Source of the DNA: Eledone cirrhosa
Taxonomy: Eukaryota
NCBI GenBank assembly: GCA_964016885.1
Contig: OZ024741.1
Location: 274,040,001-274,104,000 of the forward strand
Length of the DNA: 64,000 bases
Direction of reading: 5' to 3'
The notes under the pieces were generated by a model. The model saw only the letters and a program-made list of their open reading frames with translations. It did not search any database and was not told the origin of the DNA. This document shows, piece by piece, positions 28,041 to 41,614 of the stretch (position 1 is the stretch's first letter; every line of letters begins with the position of its first letter). Both the position numbers and the translations under genes were made by a program.

Positions 28041-28355
28041 GGTGGTTGCCATCCCATCGGCAACCACCCTGGACCTATACACCCTCCAACCCCCTTTATT
28101 TTCACATTTTTTTTCATTTTGTTTTTCGTATTTATTTTAATTTTTATTTTTCCCTTCATATTGTGTTCTTTACTAGTTAACGTCCCTCATTAGAACTCTC
28201 CTTACTCCCTCTCTGAGTTCCCGTTCTCCCCCTATTTAAACTTTCCTGGTGAAGGAAATAAGTCCGAAACGTTGAAATGTTCTCTTCTTCCACCAAGAGT
28301 GAACCTAATACAACTGTGAACAATTACCTCTTGCGTTTTGTTTGTTCTTTTCAAC
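28041..28355 (+). mobile_element. PLE pLTR-like module with 5' hairpin and minimal hammerhead-like motif, between (TA)n tracts
   Basis: GGTGGTTGCC-atcccatc-GGCAACCACC hairpin; CTGGTGAAGGAAATAAGTCCGAAACGTT. Confidence 0.55.
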
Positions 28356-28456
28356 TATATATATATATATATTACAGGAACGTTCATATATATAAATATA
28401 TATAATATATATATACATATGTATATATATATAATATATATATATATGTGTGTATA

Positions 28457-28523
<67 letters not shown>

Positions 28524-28588
28524 GTATATATATATACATATATATATATATGTATACATATGTATATATATATATATATGTGTATATA

Positions 28589-28635
<47 letters not shown>

Positions 28636-28640
28636 ATATA

Positions 28641-28709
<69 letters not shown>

Positions 28710-28824
28710 GTGTGTATATATGTATATATATATATACGTATATATATATACATTTATATATACATATATATATATATATACATGTATATATACATATATA
28801 TATATATATACATGTATATATATA

Positions 28825-28926
<102 letters not shown>

Positions 28927-29008
28927 CATGTATATATATATATATATGTGTGTGTGTATATATATGTATATATATGTATATATATATGTGTGTGTATATA
29001 TATATATA

Positions 29009-29229
<221 letters not shown>

Positions 29230-29519
29230 CTTACAGGAACGTTCTTATATTGTTCAGTAGTATTTTGCATTATTGTTGGTGGAATTGAGAATTCTTTGTA
29301 AGTTTTCGTTTTCAGCATCACGATAGTTGAAGAAGAAATTGAAGCGCACGCACATACACACATGCAAACATACACACACACATATATATACATACGCACA
29401 CAAATATACACAGACATACACTCTCATACGCCCCTCCCCCCCCCCTCCGAACACAAATATTTATATATATATATAGATATATATAGAGAGAGAGAGATAG
29501 AGAGAGAGAGAGGGGGGGG

Positions 29520-29553
<34 letters not shown>

Positions 29554-29611
29554 GGAGAGAGAGAGAGCGAGAGAGAGAGAGTGAGAGAGAGAGAGAGAGA
29601 GAAAGAGGGGA

Positions 29612-29666
<55 letters not shown>

Positions 29667-29690
29667 TATTTAGATAGATAGATAGATATA

Positions 29691-30746
29691 TTTCTTTATT
29701 AGCCACAGGGGCACAAAAGAAGGGGACAAATACAAAGGGGGAAGTTTACATACAATAAAAACGTGTAAAATGTTATCACAGATGGAATTTAAAAGTTAGT
29801 CGATTTTCCCCAATAGAGGGAGACAGTTTATATGGGTAACACAGACCCCCGAAAAAAATGTGCAACCCTCATCTCCAGGAGTACGAAGAGCTTGTACTCC
29901 TTTCCTCTCCTCCTCCTTTTCCTCAACCTACAGGCTGATATAGAGAGAAGGCCCATTCACTCGGGCCATTCTCGCCACTTTCACCCACCTTTCATAAAAC
30001 TTGCTGGCGTACAGCACCTCTCTCTCCATCCTGATTCTTCTTCCAAAGTGGTATTTGAAAAAAAGAATCAGTTGTTGGCCGGAGAGAAAGGTGTCTGACC
30101 TCAGCCCTTTCAACCTTGTCCACCATACAACCTCTTTCGCCATAGCTATCACACAAAGGAAAACCGCCTCTCCTTCGTTTTTGAAGGAGCGTGGCGGTTT
30201 GATCATGACAATGGACTCGGTGGTCAACTGGATTGGTCCCACCCGCGACAATAGTCGTTCTACATAGCCCCACAGGTCAGTGACGCCCGGGCAGTGTATG
30301 AATGCGTGCGCGACGGTTTCTTCGTCTCGCACGCACCTCGGACAGATCTTTTTTGCAGGGTCCCTGCCCGGGCGCCCATGTCTGTAGAGCTTGTCTCGAA
30401 CTGGTAGAGCTCCTCGGTAGCACTGCCAGGCCAGGGACTTTTGGAAGTTGTCCATCGGTCCCGGGCGGAAGGTCCTACCGAACAGACTGGCCAGTTCATC
30501 TTCCTCCACGCCTAGAGTTTCACCGAGCGCGTCGTCGCACTTGCTGCGGACCAACCCTCTATAGAATGACGAAGTGGAGTCTCCACTGATCGCCGGGTCC
30601 GCCTGCCAGAGGGCTGTGAGCGCCTGAGCACATTCGATGTGCCAGTCGCCCATTTTCCTCGGTCTCTGCTTGACCCAGGACTGCAGCTCGGTCAGTGAGA
30701 CGAGTCGTGGGAAGGCTCGCCTCACGAACGGGGCCCACACCGGACT

Positions 30747-30748
<2 letters not shown>
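29691..30748 (-). mobile_element. Tx1/L1-clade LINE 3' portion in (GATA)n
   Basis: ORF 29928-30800 with AWQCYRGALPV..CPRC..EETVAHAFIHCP; intact 3' end; GATA tracts on both sides. Confidence 0.88.
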
Positions 30749-30780
<32 letters not shown>

Positions 30781-30803
30781 TGTTTCTTTATTAGCCACAT
30801 ATT

Positions 30804-30886
<83 letters not shown>

Positions 30887-31839
30887 GTACGGTATAAAGT
30901 GAAGCTGAAAGGTACCTGATTTATCGGTATATGTAAATAAATTCCGAATGATTTATTATTAAATGATCAAAATATGAAAGTGAATAATTATATTTGATAT
31001 TAATGAAGGTAAAATTGAATTATATCGAGAATAATGTCTACGGCGTTTTGTAGACGACATAAAACTGTCCTGTTGATGACAATGACGCCAGCAAAATTCC
31101 TTATAATTCGGAAAGAAATTGCTGATTATTCTATACATGGTTCGATATTATCCTTTCATTTTGTTCCATGTTCATTCCATGATGTTCATGGATACTATTA
31201 ATATTGTTAGGATGAGCACATCACAGTACTGAATGGTATTTACCATTGTGTGGTTTGTATGTTGTCGATAAGGACAGTCATCAGTTATATAACGCGTGAG
31301 TACTCGGCAGCACATGTTGAATAATGTTGGGCAACAAAATGGATGCTTTATTCGATCTGAGACATCATTAATAACCATGTATACCGTTGTGAGGTTTCAC
31401 CGTTCTTACAACAAAGTGGCCCTCATCAATACAATTTGAAACATAAACAAGAACATAATATGGTTGGGAGGTTTCACCGTTCCTCCAATCTGAGACTTTA
31501 ACATGAAAAAAAAAATTTTAAAAATCAGTGTCATTTTATAGCCAAACTTTAGTCATTACTGCTCGTTATTGCCGAGTATATACGGATATTGGCGATTATA
31601 TACGGTTATTGCCGAGTTTATAAACACGAACATATATATAGTTGTGAGGTTTCATCGTCTCTACAATGTTGTGGACATCATCATTACGATCTGAGATATC
31701 AACACGAACATATATATATATGGTTGTGAGGTTTCATCGTTCCTACAACTCTACACCATCCCTCCGATCTGTGACTTAAACACGAAAAAAAAATAAAATT
31801 CAGTGTCATTTTATAGCCAAACTTTAGTCATTACTGCTT

Positions 31840-32092
31840 GTTATTGCTGAGTATATAAGGATATTGCCGATTATATACGGTTATTGCCGATTATATACGG
31901 TTATTGCCGAGTTTATACGGTTATTGCTGATTGTATACGGTTGCTACCGATTATATATGGTTGCTACCGAATATATACGGTTAGTGCCGATTATATACGG
32001 TTATTGCCGACTTTATACGTTTATTGCAGAGTATATACAGATATTGCCGAGTTTATACGTTTATTGCGGAGTACATACAGATATTGCCGAAT
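31840..32092. repeat. 20-bp minisatellite (GGTTATTGCCGATTATATAC)
   Basis: About 12 degenerate units; a shorter block at 31565-31625 lies within a ~290-bp local duplication. Confidence 0.85.
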
Positions 32093-32167
32093 TTCTTATT
32101 TCACTTTTATGATGCTCCAGAGAAACAATTGTCGAATTATTTTTTGTATTCTTGTTATTATTTGTGA

Positions 32168-33068
32168 AGGCGGTGGATTGGCAGTGTCGGTAGAGAGTCG
32201 GACGTCATGATTTGACGCATAGAGTTACGCCCCTTGCCATTCTGAGTTCAAATCCCGCCGAGGTTAACTTTGCCTTTCATCCTTACGGGGTCGATAAAAT
32301 AAAGTACCAGTAATGCACTGTGTAATTGTGCCAAACGTAGAAACAATTATTTGTGATGTTATTATTGTTTGTGTTGTTATTATCGTTTATTTTGTTGTTA
32401 TCATTGTTTTGTTGTTATTATTATTTATGATGTTGTTCAAGTTTGTGTTGTTGTTATAATTATTCAAGGGCGGTGGATTAACAGTATCGGTAGAGCACCG
32501 TACAACCTGCTTTGCAGCATAGAGTTGCAGGCTCCGCCGAAGTTAGTTTTACCTTTCATCCTTACGGGGTCGATAAAATAAAGCACCAGTAACGTACTGG
32601 CGTCGATTTAATCGCCCCCCCCCCCAAAAAAAAAATTACTGGCCTTGTGCCTATACTAGAAATCATTATTGTTTGTGATGTTGTTTAAGTTTGTGTTGTT
32701 GTTATTATTATTCAGTACCAGTTCAAATCCCGCCGAGGTTAACTTTGTCTTTCATCCTTACGGGGTCGATAAAATAAAGTACCAGTAATGTACTGGTTAA
32801 TTGCTGGCCTTGTACCAAAAGTAGAAACAATTATTATTCAAGAGCCATGGATTGACAGTATCGGTAGAGCGCCGGAAAACCTGCTTTGCAACATAGAGTT
32901 CCGGCCCTTTACGTTCTGAGTTCAAATCCCGCCGAAGTTAGTTTTACCTTTCATCCTTACGGGGTCAATAAAATAAACCACCAGTAATGCACTGGGGTCG
33001 ATTTAATCGACTTTCCCCCCTCCCCTTCAAATTTCTGGCCTTGTGCCTAAAGTAGAAACAATTATTAT
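32168..33068 (+). mobile_element. Head-to-tail cluster of four Meta-domain SINE copies
   Basis: Copies at ~32168-32350, 32467-32668, 32718-32835 and 32840-33068; A-box-like GGTGGATTGGCAGTGTCGGTAGAG, B-box and Meta core. Confidence 0.85.
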
Positions 33069-33689
33069 TCAAGTTTGTGTTGTTGTTGCTGTTATTATAA
33101 TTTTGTTGTTGTCGGTACTCTTTCAATATTGGTACGCTGAAAATCATAGTGAATGATCTCAACGGTATGTTTAGTTTCCCATTCAGATTGAATTGAAGAA
33201 TTCATATCTGTACTTTAGTTTCGTACTCTGTATTGAAATGATGCTAGTAGAGGGTTATTAATTAATTAATTTATTTATTTATTGTATTTGCACATTTCAT
33301 AAATGCAGAAATATCATTATATTCCTATAAAAGATTATGACATTATGCTCTTTGAAATTATTCATCAACATGAAATTTAACATAGCAGGTATGATGAAAG
33401 AATGTCACTAGTTTATTTTTAGCCTACTAATCAAGATCAAATGTAAAGAAAATACTAACGAATGGAAGTGATAAGAAACTCTCGGGAGAGCTGGACAGCG
33501 GGTTTTCAGAGAAGTAACACCCCTCAGCTAGTGTTTCGGCCCTTAATATAATGAAAATGTTTTTGTTCCCTTCTTCACAATAAACTACAGTTTTGAGTAA
33601 TCCACCCCGCCCCTTATTTCTTTCTTTAAATTTCATTAACATCATTGTAATCCAGACGATTGAAAACGCATCTCTGCGGGATTTCTTTT

Positions 33690-34270
33690 AATAATATGCG
33701 TAATATTTCATGAAATATATGCGTTATAGTTCATTAAAATATGCATTATATTCCATTAAAAATATGCATTATATTCCATTATATTCCATTAATAATATGC
33801 ATTATATTTCATTAAAAATATGTATTCTATTTCATGAAATATATGCATTCTATTTCATGAAATATATGCATTATATTTCATGAAATATATGCATTATATT
33901 TCATTAAAAACGTACATTATATTTCATTAATAATTGTTTCTACTTTTGGCACAAAGCCAATAAACAACCTCAGTGTATTACTGGTACTTTATTTTGTCGA
34001 CCTCATAAGGATGAAAGGCAAAGTTAACCTCGGCGGGATTTGAACTCACAACGTAAACGGCCAAAACTCTATGCTGCAAAGCATGGCGTCTGATGCTCTA
34101 CCGATACTGCCAATTCACCGCCCTTTTATATTATATTTCATTAATAACATGCGTGAGATACCATTAAAAGTATGCATTATATTCCATTAAAAGTATGCAT
34201 TATATTTCTTTAGAAATGTGCATTATATTCCTTTAAAAATGTGCATTATATTCCTTTAAAAATATACATT
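33690..34270. repeat. ~22-bp AT-rich minisatellite interrupted by a SINE
   Basis: ATATGCATTATATTTCATGAAAT-like units on both sides of the SINE. Confidence 0.8.
33934..34126 (-). mobile_element. Meta-domain SINE with 18-bp target site duplication
   Basis: ATTATATTTCATTAATAA at ~33916-33933 and ~34130-34147. Confidence 0.85.
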
Positions 34271-34839
34271 ACGTTATGAGGAGATAAAACCTTATAAATA
34301 GCTGGTCAAAATATGTTTTATTTTGTGTAAATCGTGCAACTGCAACAAGGCTCTATAGAAATTATTTCCTTTACTCGATTTAAATATTTTTATTATGTCA
34401 TTTTTTTCATTTTTAAAAAGGATTTTCGGATTTTATGTTTTGCACATTAGAAATTCAAAATCTGTGCGAAAAAAAATTTAATTATAAAAGTATTTAAATT
34501 ATATACAAGTTTTTGTTTTTAATCTGAAAAGAATTTACAGCTACAACAGTAATTTTTCTAATATATATAAATATATTTCCTCTGCATTTGAAGAGTATAA
34601 ACACATGTTTTAGTATATAAGTACATTTTAATTGTTTACATTTGAAAGTATTAGTTGTTTCACATTCTGAAAATTTTAAATGTTTCAGTTTCAATGTATT
34701 AAAGATTAAAATATAATTACTAATTACACCAGAATAAAATTTAAATGTAAATGAAATATATTTGAGTATGAAAAATTCTACAGCAGCTGTAATCATGTTC
34801 ACACTTAGCAGTATATTATTTGTTTTCAAATTAAAAATA

Positions 34840-35445
34840 ACGGTGGATCCGCAGTATAAGTAGAGCGTCGGATAACATGCTTTGTGGCATAAAGTTACAT
34901 TCTGAGTTCAAATCATGCCGAAGTTATCTTTGCCCTTCATCCTTACAAAGGCGATAAAATAAGGTACCAGTAACGAACTGTGGTCGAATTAATCGACATT
35001 ACCCTCCTTAAAAATTGTTGGACTTGTGCTTAAATCAGAAATAATTAAAAGGGTTGTGGACCGGCAGGATCAGTAGAGTGGCGGACAATAATCTGCGGCA
35101 CACAGTTATGGCCCTTTACCTCTGGCTCTAATCCCGCCAAAGTTAGCTTTTCCTTTCATCCTTACAGAGTACTTAACTTAAAATAAAGTACCAGTAACAC
35201 ACTGGGACCGATTTAATCGACTTTCTCCTTTGGTCTTGTGTTTAAATCAGAAACCATTAAAAGCGCGGTGGATTGGCAATCTGTAGAGTATCGGACAACA
35301 TGCTTTGTGGCATAGAGTTACGACCCTTTTGGTTCTGGGTTCTAATCCAGCTATGGTTAGCTTTGCCTTTCATCCTTACTCTATCGATGAAATAAAGTAC
35401 CTGTAATAGACTGGGGTTGATTTAATCGACTTTTCCCTCCTCTAA
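34840..35445 (+). mobile_element. Tandem trio of diverged Meta-domain SINEs
   Basis: Three ~200-bp units, each with TTTGCCTTTCATCCTTAC..ATAAAGTACC..TTAATCGAC. Confidence 0.8.
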
Positions 35446-35909
35446 AACCATTTTTCAAATTGAAAAAAAAAAAAAAGAGAAATGTTACCTATTTAAAGGA
35501 AAATTATTTTTGGCAGAGTCTGAATATTTCATGTTCAAAATTTAAAATATCCTCAGATAATTTTTAAACATCGAAAGAATGAAAGACAAAGTTGACCACA
35601 GCTGGATGTAAACCCTGATGTCAATAACGAGAGAGTCTTCTGTCTTTTTACAGTTGACAAACAAAAAACAAGAGGACTGTTTAATAGAGTCATTCTCTTT
35701 TATATACACATATATACACTAGGTGTGAACACAAAAGAACCAAACTAAAAAATACATAATAAAAAAATCTCAGGCCGTTTTTAAAGCATCCATGCTAAAA
35801 CAAATGGATGCCAATGAATCTACTCCAAAATTTACAAAATTTTAATCTGAAAAAAAAAATTTTTTTTCCGAATTCTAACCGTGTCAAAGATATATAATTA
35901 AGATATATA

Positions 35910-36701
35910 ATTTCCGTTTATCGTTTTCGGTACACCCGGCTGATTAACCCACTCGATATGCAAATTGGGCTACTCAGCCGTTAATATGCATAAGGTAAGT
36001 ATATACGTTCAACAATCTGGCAGGAAGGTATATGTTGCTGACGATAGCTAATAAGCTTAAAACTAGTACAGCGTTCCTTTGTCAGTGTTGAACAAACGAG
36101 CAACGATGGTTGCTGGACACTACGGCTTAATACGGGATGTTTGTTTACAAACACACCGAGCATTATAATAAATGTTCGGTAAATCCATACGTACATATAT
36201 ATATGTGTGCATGTATGTATATATATGTATACATACTACTGTACGTCTGTATGCATATATGTATGTACGTGTACATATTTATATTTAAGTAACAGCCGTA
36301 CTAAGAGTGGGAAATGAAATTTTGTTTCATTTTTTCCATTTATCGTTTTCGGTGCACCCGGCCGATTAACCCACACGATATGCAAATTGGGCTACTCAGC
36401 CGTTAATATGCATAAGGTAAGTATATACGTTCAACAATCTGGCAGGAAGGTATACGTTGCTGACGATAGCTAATAAGCTTGAAACTAGTACAGCGTTCCC
36501 TTGTCAGTGTTGAACAAACGAGCAACGATGGTTGCTGGACACTACGGCTTAATACGGGATGTTTGTTTACAAACACACCGAGCATTATAATAAATGTTCG
36601 GTAAATCCATACGTACATATATATATATGTGTGCATGTATGTATATATATGTATACATACTACTGTACGTCTGTATGCATATATGTATGTACGTGTACAT
36701 A

Positions 36702-36705
<4 letters not shown>
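35910..36705. repeat. ~422-bp tandem duplication of unique-looking sequence
   Basis: 35911-36285 is nearly identical to 36334-36705. Confidence 0.9.
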
Positions 36706-36733
<28 letters not shown>

Positions 36734-36736
<3 letters not shown>

Positions 36737-37183
36737 GATATTAAACAAATGGAAACTATATTTATAAAACCATATTTATTTCGTTATATATATTTCTGGG
36801 ATATCATATTAAAAATATGGTATGCCTTCCTCAGACAAAATACAATATATAAGCTGTTTTATAAATAATTTTGACATACCTTAGAATAATGCAACTTCCA
36901 TTTAAAAAGTTGATTTGGTCAACTTTTTAAATGGAAGTTGCATTATTCTAAGGTATGTCAAAATTATTTATAAAACAGCTTATATATTGTATTTTGTCTG
37001 AGGAAGGCATACCATATTTTTAATATGATTTCCCAGAAATATATATAACGAAATAAATATGGTTTTATAAATATAGTTTCCATTTGTTTAATATCGTAAA
37101 CCTACTCCAAAAACTGTTGAGTGCTTTTATATCAGTTATAAAATATTTACTCGTTGTAACCCAACAATTTTAAATAAATCTTT

Positions 37184-37187
<4 letters not shown>
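36734..37187 (+). mobile_element. Near-perfect ~365-bp palindrome of a hammerhead-containing pLTR-like module plus tail
   Basis: Centre AAGTTGA-tttgg-TCAACTT (~36913-36917); each arm has CTGAGGA-AGGCATACCA..-GAAA; (TA)n on both flanks. Confidence 0.8.
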
Positions 37188-37274
<87 letters not shown>

Positions 37275-37294
37275 GTGTGTGTATATATATATAT

Positions 37295-37334
<40 letters not shown>

Positions 37335-37497
37335 GCACACATACACATAGACATACACACACACATATGAATATATAATATACACATAGATGCATTAATG
37401 TAATATTTATGTGTGTCAGATATTTCCGCCGATTTAATTCTTTAAACCTCGCCATTCTTTCTATTATGAATTCATGTTTGAAGTTTATGTGATTAGA

Positions 37498-37628
<131 letters not shown>

Positions 37629-37780
37629 GTGTGTCTGTATAAGGAAAAGAAATCGAAAATGCAACTGGAGTCTTTTTAAGAATATTTATTTGTTTCCTTT
37701 ACCGGTTTCACAGTTCTTTTCCTTATACTTTCACTCGTGTAGGACATCTCGTTTTTTTCATTTAAAATAAACCTTCATTT

Positions 37781-37817
<37 letters not shown>

Positions 37818-37859
37818 TTCGTGTGTGTGCGTGCGTGTCTGTGTGCTTGTGTATATGTG

Positions 37860-37917
<58 letters not shown>

Positions 37918-37976
37918 GGGAGGGGGGTATATGATAAGAAAACCGAAAACAACGAAGCAAACAGTACATTCTCAAG

Positions 37977-38105
37977 AGTTAGGGTTAGGATCAGTGTAAA
38001 GGTTAGGATTAAAGTTAGGGTTAAGATTTTTAGTGTCAGGATTAGTGATAGCGTTAGGTTTAGTGTTAGGGTTCTGGTTAGGATTAGATTTAGTGTTAGA
38101 GTAGT
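37977..38105 (+). repeat. Degenerate TTAGGG-like hexamer tract (interstitial telomere-like)
   Basis: GTTAGGGTTAGGATCAGTGTAAAGGTTAGGATTAAAGTTAGGGTTAAG...GTTAGGG... Confidence 0.6.
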
Positions 38106-38351
38106 GAAAATTCTCAATACTCAGCAGTCACTGAGCCTTTAAGTATTTGATAATCTGGGACCATTTGTGTTCTGTAGAAAGATCTATCATCAGACTGTTT
38201 TTAATTACTTGTTTATATTGAACAAGATAAAGGGTTTCATTCAATTGCAGAGGGCATGGAATTGTGTGACACAGGAGAAACCATCAGTTGTTATTTCTCA
38301 AATCGTACAAGTTATCTTGGTCAGGTTGGAATACACACACACACACATGCA

Positions 38352-38400
<49 letters not shown>

Positions 38401-38913
38401 ACACACACACACACACACATGTATATATATATATATATTTATTCAGGTTTGAGGTTCACCGCTGTATAGAGCTGGTCTATTCCGTATGGTCAATCGTAAT
38501 GTAATAATATAGAGAGTACTCAACGTAAAGCAGTTCAACCGTCTTTGTTTTTGTAGTTGATGGTGCTATTACGGAGTTAAATATTATAATGAAATGACAG
38601 GAGGCTGGACTTGTGTAAATCCTTGAAAGGATTATTATACTATGATCATTTAAATGACCGGGTTCCGTATGAATCCGGTGATATCATCAGGTATTCGAAA
38701 TATAATACGTGAATGTAATAGATAAAAATCCATGGGGCTGAAAATCGAGGACCCGAGGGCGACCGCTATCTTGCACCCTCTACCTTAGCCGGTCGCCCTC
38801 GACCTATATATATATATGAGTCTCGGGTTCAAACGGGGGTAACCATAGTAAGGTATTCAATACATTAGTAGAGTATAAACAACATTTCTATATATATATA
38901 TATATATATATAT

Positions 38914-39752
38914 CTAGGGCGGGTAAAATTCCCGAGATCCATGGACGAGTTCTCTCCAGCGGTCTCTGTCCCTCATTATCGCTGCCATGTCCTGCGTCTC
39001 CAACAGACCAGTGTCTGTCCTTAGGGCATCAACATACGTTAACCTTGGTCTTCCTCTTCCAGTGTGTCCATGTAGGGGCTCCCACAGGAGCACTGAGTGC
39101 AATGTCAACTCTGGATGTTGGTGAGCATGTCCAGCTAACCTCAGTCTCCTCTGTGTCACTTTTGAGCTGACTTTTGGGAGGCTCCCATACAGCTCTGAGT
39201 TTTTCAGCGCCTTGCACTGGAGAAACACCAGGACTCTGGCTTTACTGTAGTACCGGCTCAGAGCAGGAGAGTTAAGGCGAAAAAGGTATCAGATGCTGAA
39301 TTTGCCAACGACATAGTTTTGGTGACAAATACAGTGAAGGAGGCAGAGGATTTGATGCGGGAGGTTGAGACTGTGTCGATGAGTGTGGGGCTGTGAATGA
39401 ATGAGACTAAAACAAAATATCTGGTAGAGAATGTTGAGAAACCAGAGGGGATCACTAATGTAGGCGGGAAGCCGCTAGAATTGGTTGAGGGCTTCCTGTA
39501 TTTGGGAGCAAAGATTGGGAATACGGAAGATGATGTGGTTGAGAGGAAGAGCAAAGCCTGGGCGGCGTGCCACAGCTTGAGATCGATGTGGAAGCCGGAC
39601 CTTCATAAAGACCTAAAAAGCCGCCTCTTCATTGCTGTAGTGGAGTCTGTGCTGCTGTACGGGTCTGAGACTTGGACACTGACCAAGAAACTCACTCAGA
39701 TGGTGGATGGGTGCTACACGAGAATGCTGAGGATGGCTCTGAACATTAATCA

Positions 39753-39756
<4 letters not shown>
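38914..39756 (-). mobile_element. RTE-type LINE insertion with 5' inversion, in (TA)n
   Basis: 38914-39207 is the 3' end on the minus strand; 39208-39756 is the upstream RT part on the plus strand (FAND for FADD, FLYLG, LLYGSETW); same family as 26729-27150. Confidence 0.88.
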
Positions 39757-39788
<32 letters not shown>

Positions 39789-39794
39789 ATATAC

Positions 39795-40332
39795 TTGGGT
39801 GAGTATTCCACAGCCACAGTTATTCAACGTAATACCAGAAGGACATGATATGTGTCAAGACTCGACCTGTGTATTAAGTTAAAATTCATCCATCTGACGA
39901 TAAATAAGGTTTGCGTCAACCCGAGGATATAGTAAAGTCACCTACCCATATGCCACGGTGCTGGTCTCACCATTCTACTTTCCATTCCAATCCAGGGCCT
40001 TCTCTCTCCTGTTGGAGGAACCCCTCCCTGGTTGACCTCTAACGCTTTCTGTTTGGTTTTGGCCATGTCAGCGGTGTAGCCGTACTCACCACGTTTGACC
40101 AATTGCGTGTTGATGAGGCTATTTAACCTATAATTTAGGTGGATAACTGGTGACTCTGAGGAGTTAAAAGCCTCCTTTAACAGCTCTTGTTTTTTGACGT
40201 TCCACTTTACCCTCCCCACCAAACAAGGATCCCATGTGGGAGCCAGTTTAGTTTCCGACCTCTCGTTCATGAATCAGTCTGGTTGTACTAGGTTGTATAG
40301 TACCAATAGCAGATAGAAGCCTGGTCTGACAT
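39795..40332 (-). mobile_element. Putative LINE (RTE-like) 5' UTR fragment
   Basis: Shares the motif string TGTCAG...YAGTACAACC...GGTCGG...ACTAAACTGG...GGTGRGGAGGG with the 3692/5716/6165 elements. Confidence 0.45.
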
Positions 40333-40607
40333 TAAATAATTTAAGGCAACTAAAGAGCTAGTCTTTCGTGAACAATATTTTCCAATGCTTCTTTCATTTT
40401 CTGATGGCAGTTCGTTATTTCTGGTAGATTTGGCTGCTATTTCTAGCGGAACGACGAGACATCATGTAAAGGTCACCTATTTTACTTTTACTGCATATGT
40501 AAGTATACTTAAGTGGTTTAATGTTCTGAGGACTGAATACACTCTCCCCTACATAATAGTATATATACACCCTCGAATACTAATACACACACACATGTAT
40601 ATGTGTC

Positions 40608-40681
<74 letters not shown>

Positions 40682-40749
40682 CCGCATTCTGTGTCTTCTA
40701 TGTCTTTTTGTCCTCGGTGTGCTCATTTTAATATATATAAGTTTATATG

Positions 40750-40909
<160 letters not shown>

Positions 40910-40912
40910 CAT

Positions 40913-40973
<61 letters not shown>

Positions 40974-40976
40974 CAT

Positions 40977-41051
<75 letters not shown>

Positions 41052-41056
41052 CATAT

Positions 41057-41129
<73 letters not shown>

Positions 41130-41255
41130 GATGTGTGTATGTGTATGTAGGTGTGTGAGTGTTACTGTGTGGTATTTAAATCAACGGAATTGGCAATAGT
41201 TTGAAAAGAGGATTGATTGATCGTGTAGACTGGGCTGAAGATTCTTTTCAAGTCG

Positions 41256-41583
41256 GTTGTTGTTGTTGTTTGTGGTGGTGGTGGTGGTGGTGGTGGTGGT
41301 GGTGGTGGTGGTGGTGGTGGTGGTGGTGTTGGTGGTGGTGATGGTGGTGGTATTGGTGGTGGTAGTGTTGTTGTTGTTGGTGGTGGCGGTGGCGGTAGTG
41401 GTGATGGTGATGGTGGTGGTGGTGATGGTAGTGTTGGTGGTGGTGATGGTGGTGGTATTGGTGGTGGTAGTGTTGTTGTTGTTGTTGTTGGTGGTGGCGG
41501 TAGTGGTGATGGTGAAGGTGGTGGTGGTGGTGGTGGTGGTAGTGTTGGTGGTGGTGATGGTGGTGGTATTGGTGGTGGTAGTG

Positions 41584-41614
<31 letters not shown>

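Noticed and set aside
31020-31400. Unique-looking segment as a possible exon or hammerhead (CTGATGACTGTCC on the minus strand)
   Set aside because: No GAAA follows the stem, stops occur in most frames, and no protein motif is recognisable
32168-32260. tRNA gene
   Set aside because: The A/B boxes belong to SINE heads; no cloverleaf, and the sequence continues into the SINE core
37977-38105. True telomere or chromosome fusion site
   Set aside because: Short, very degenerate, one orientation only and internal
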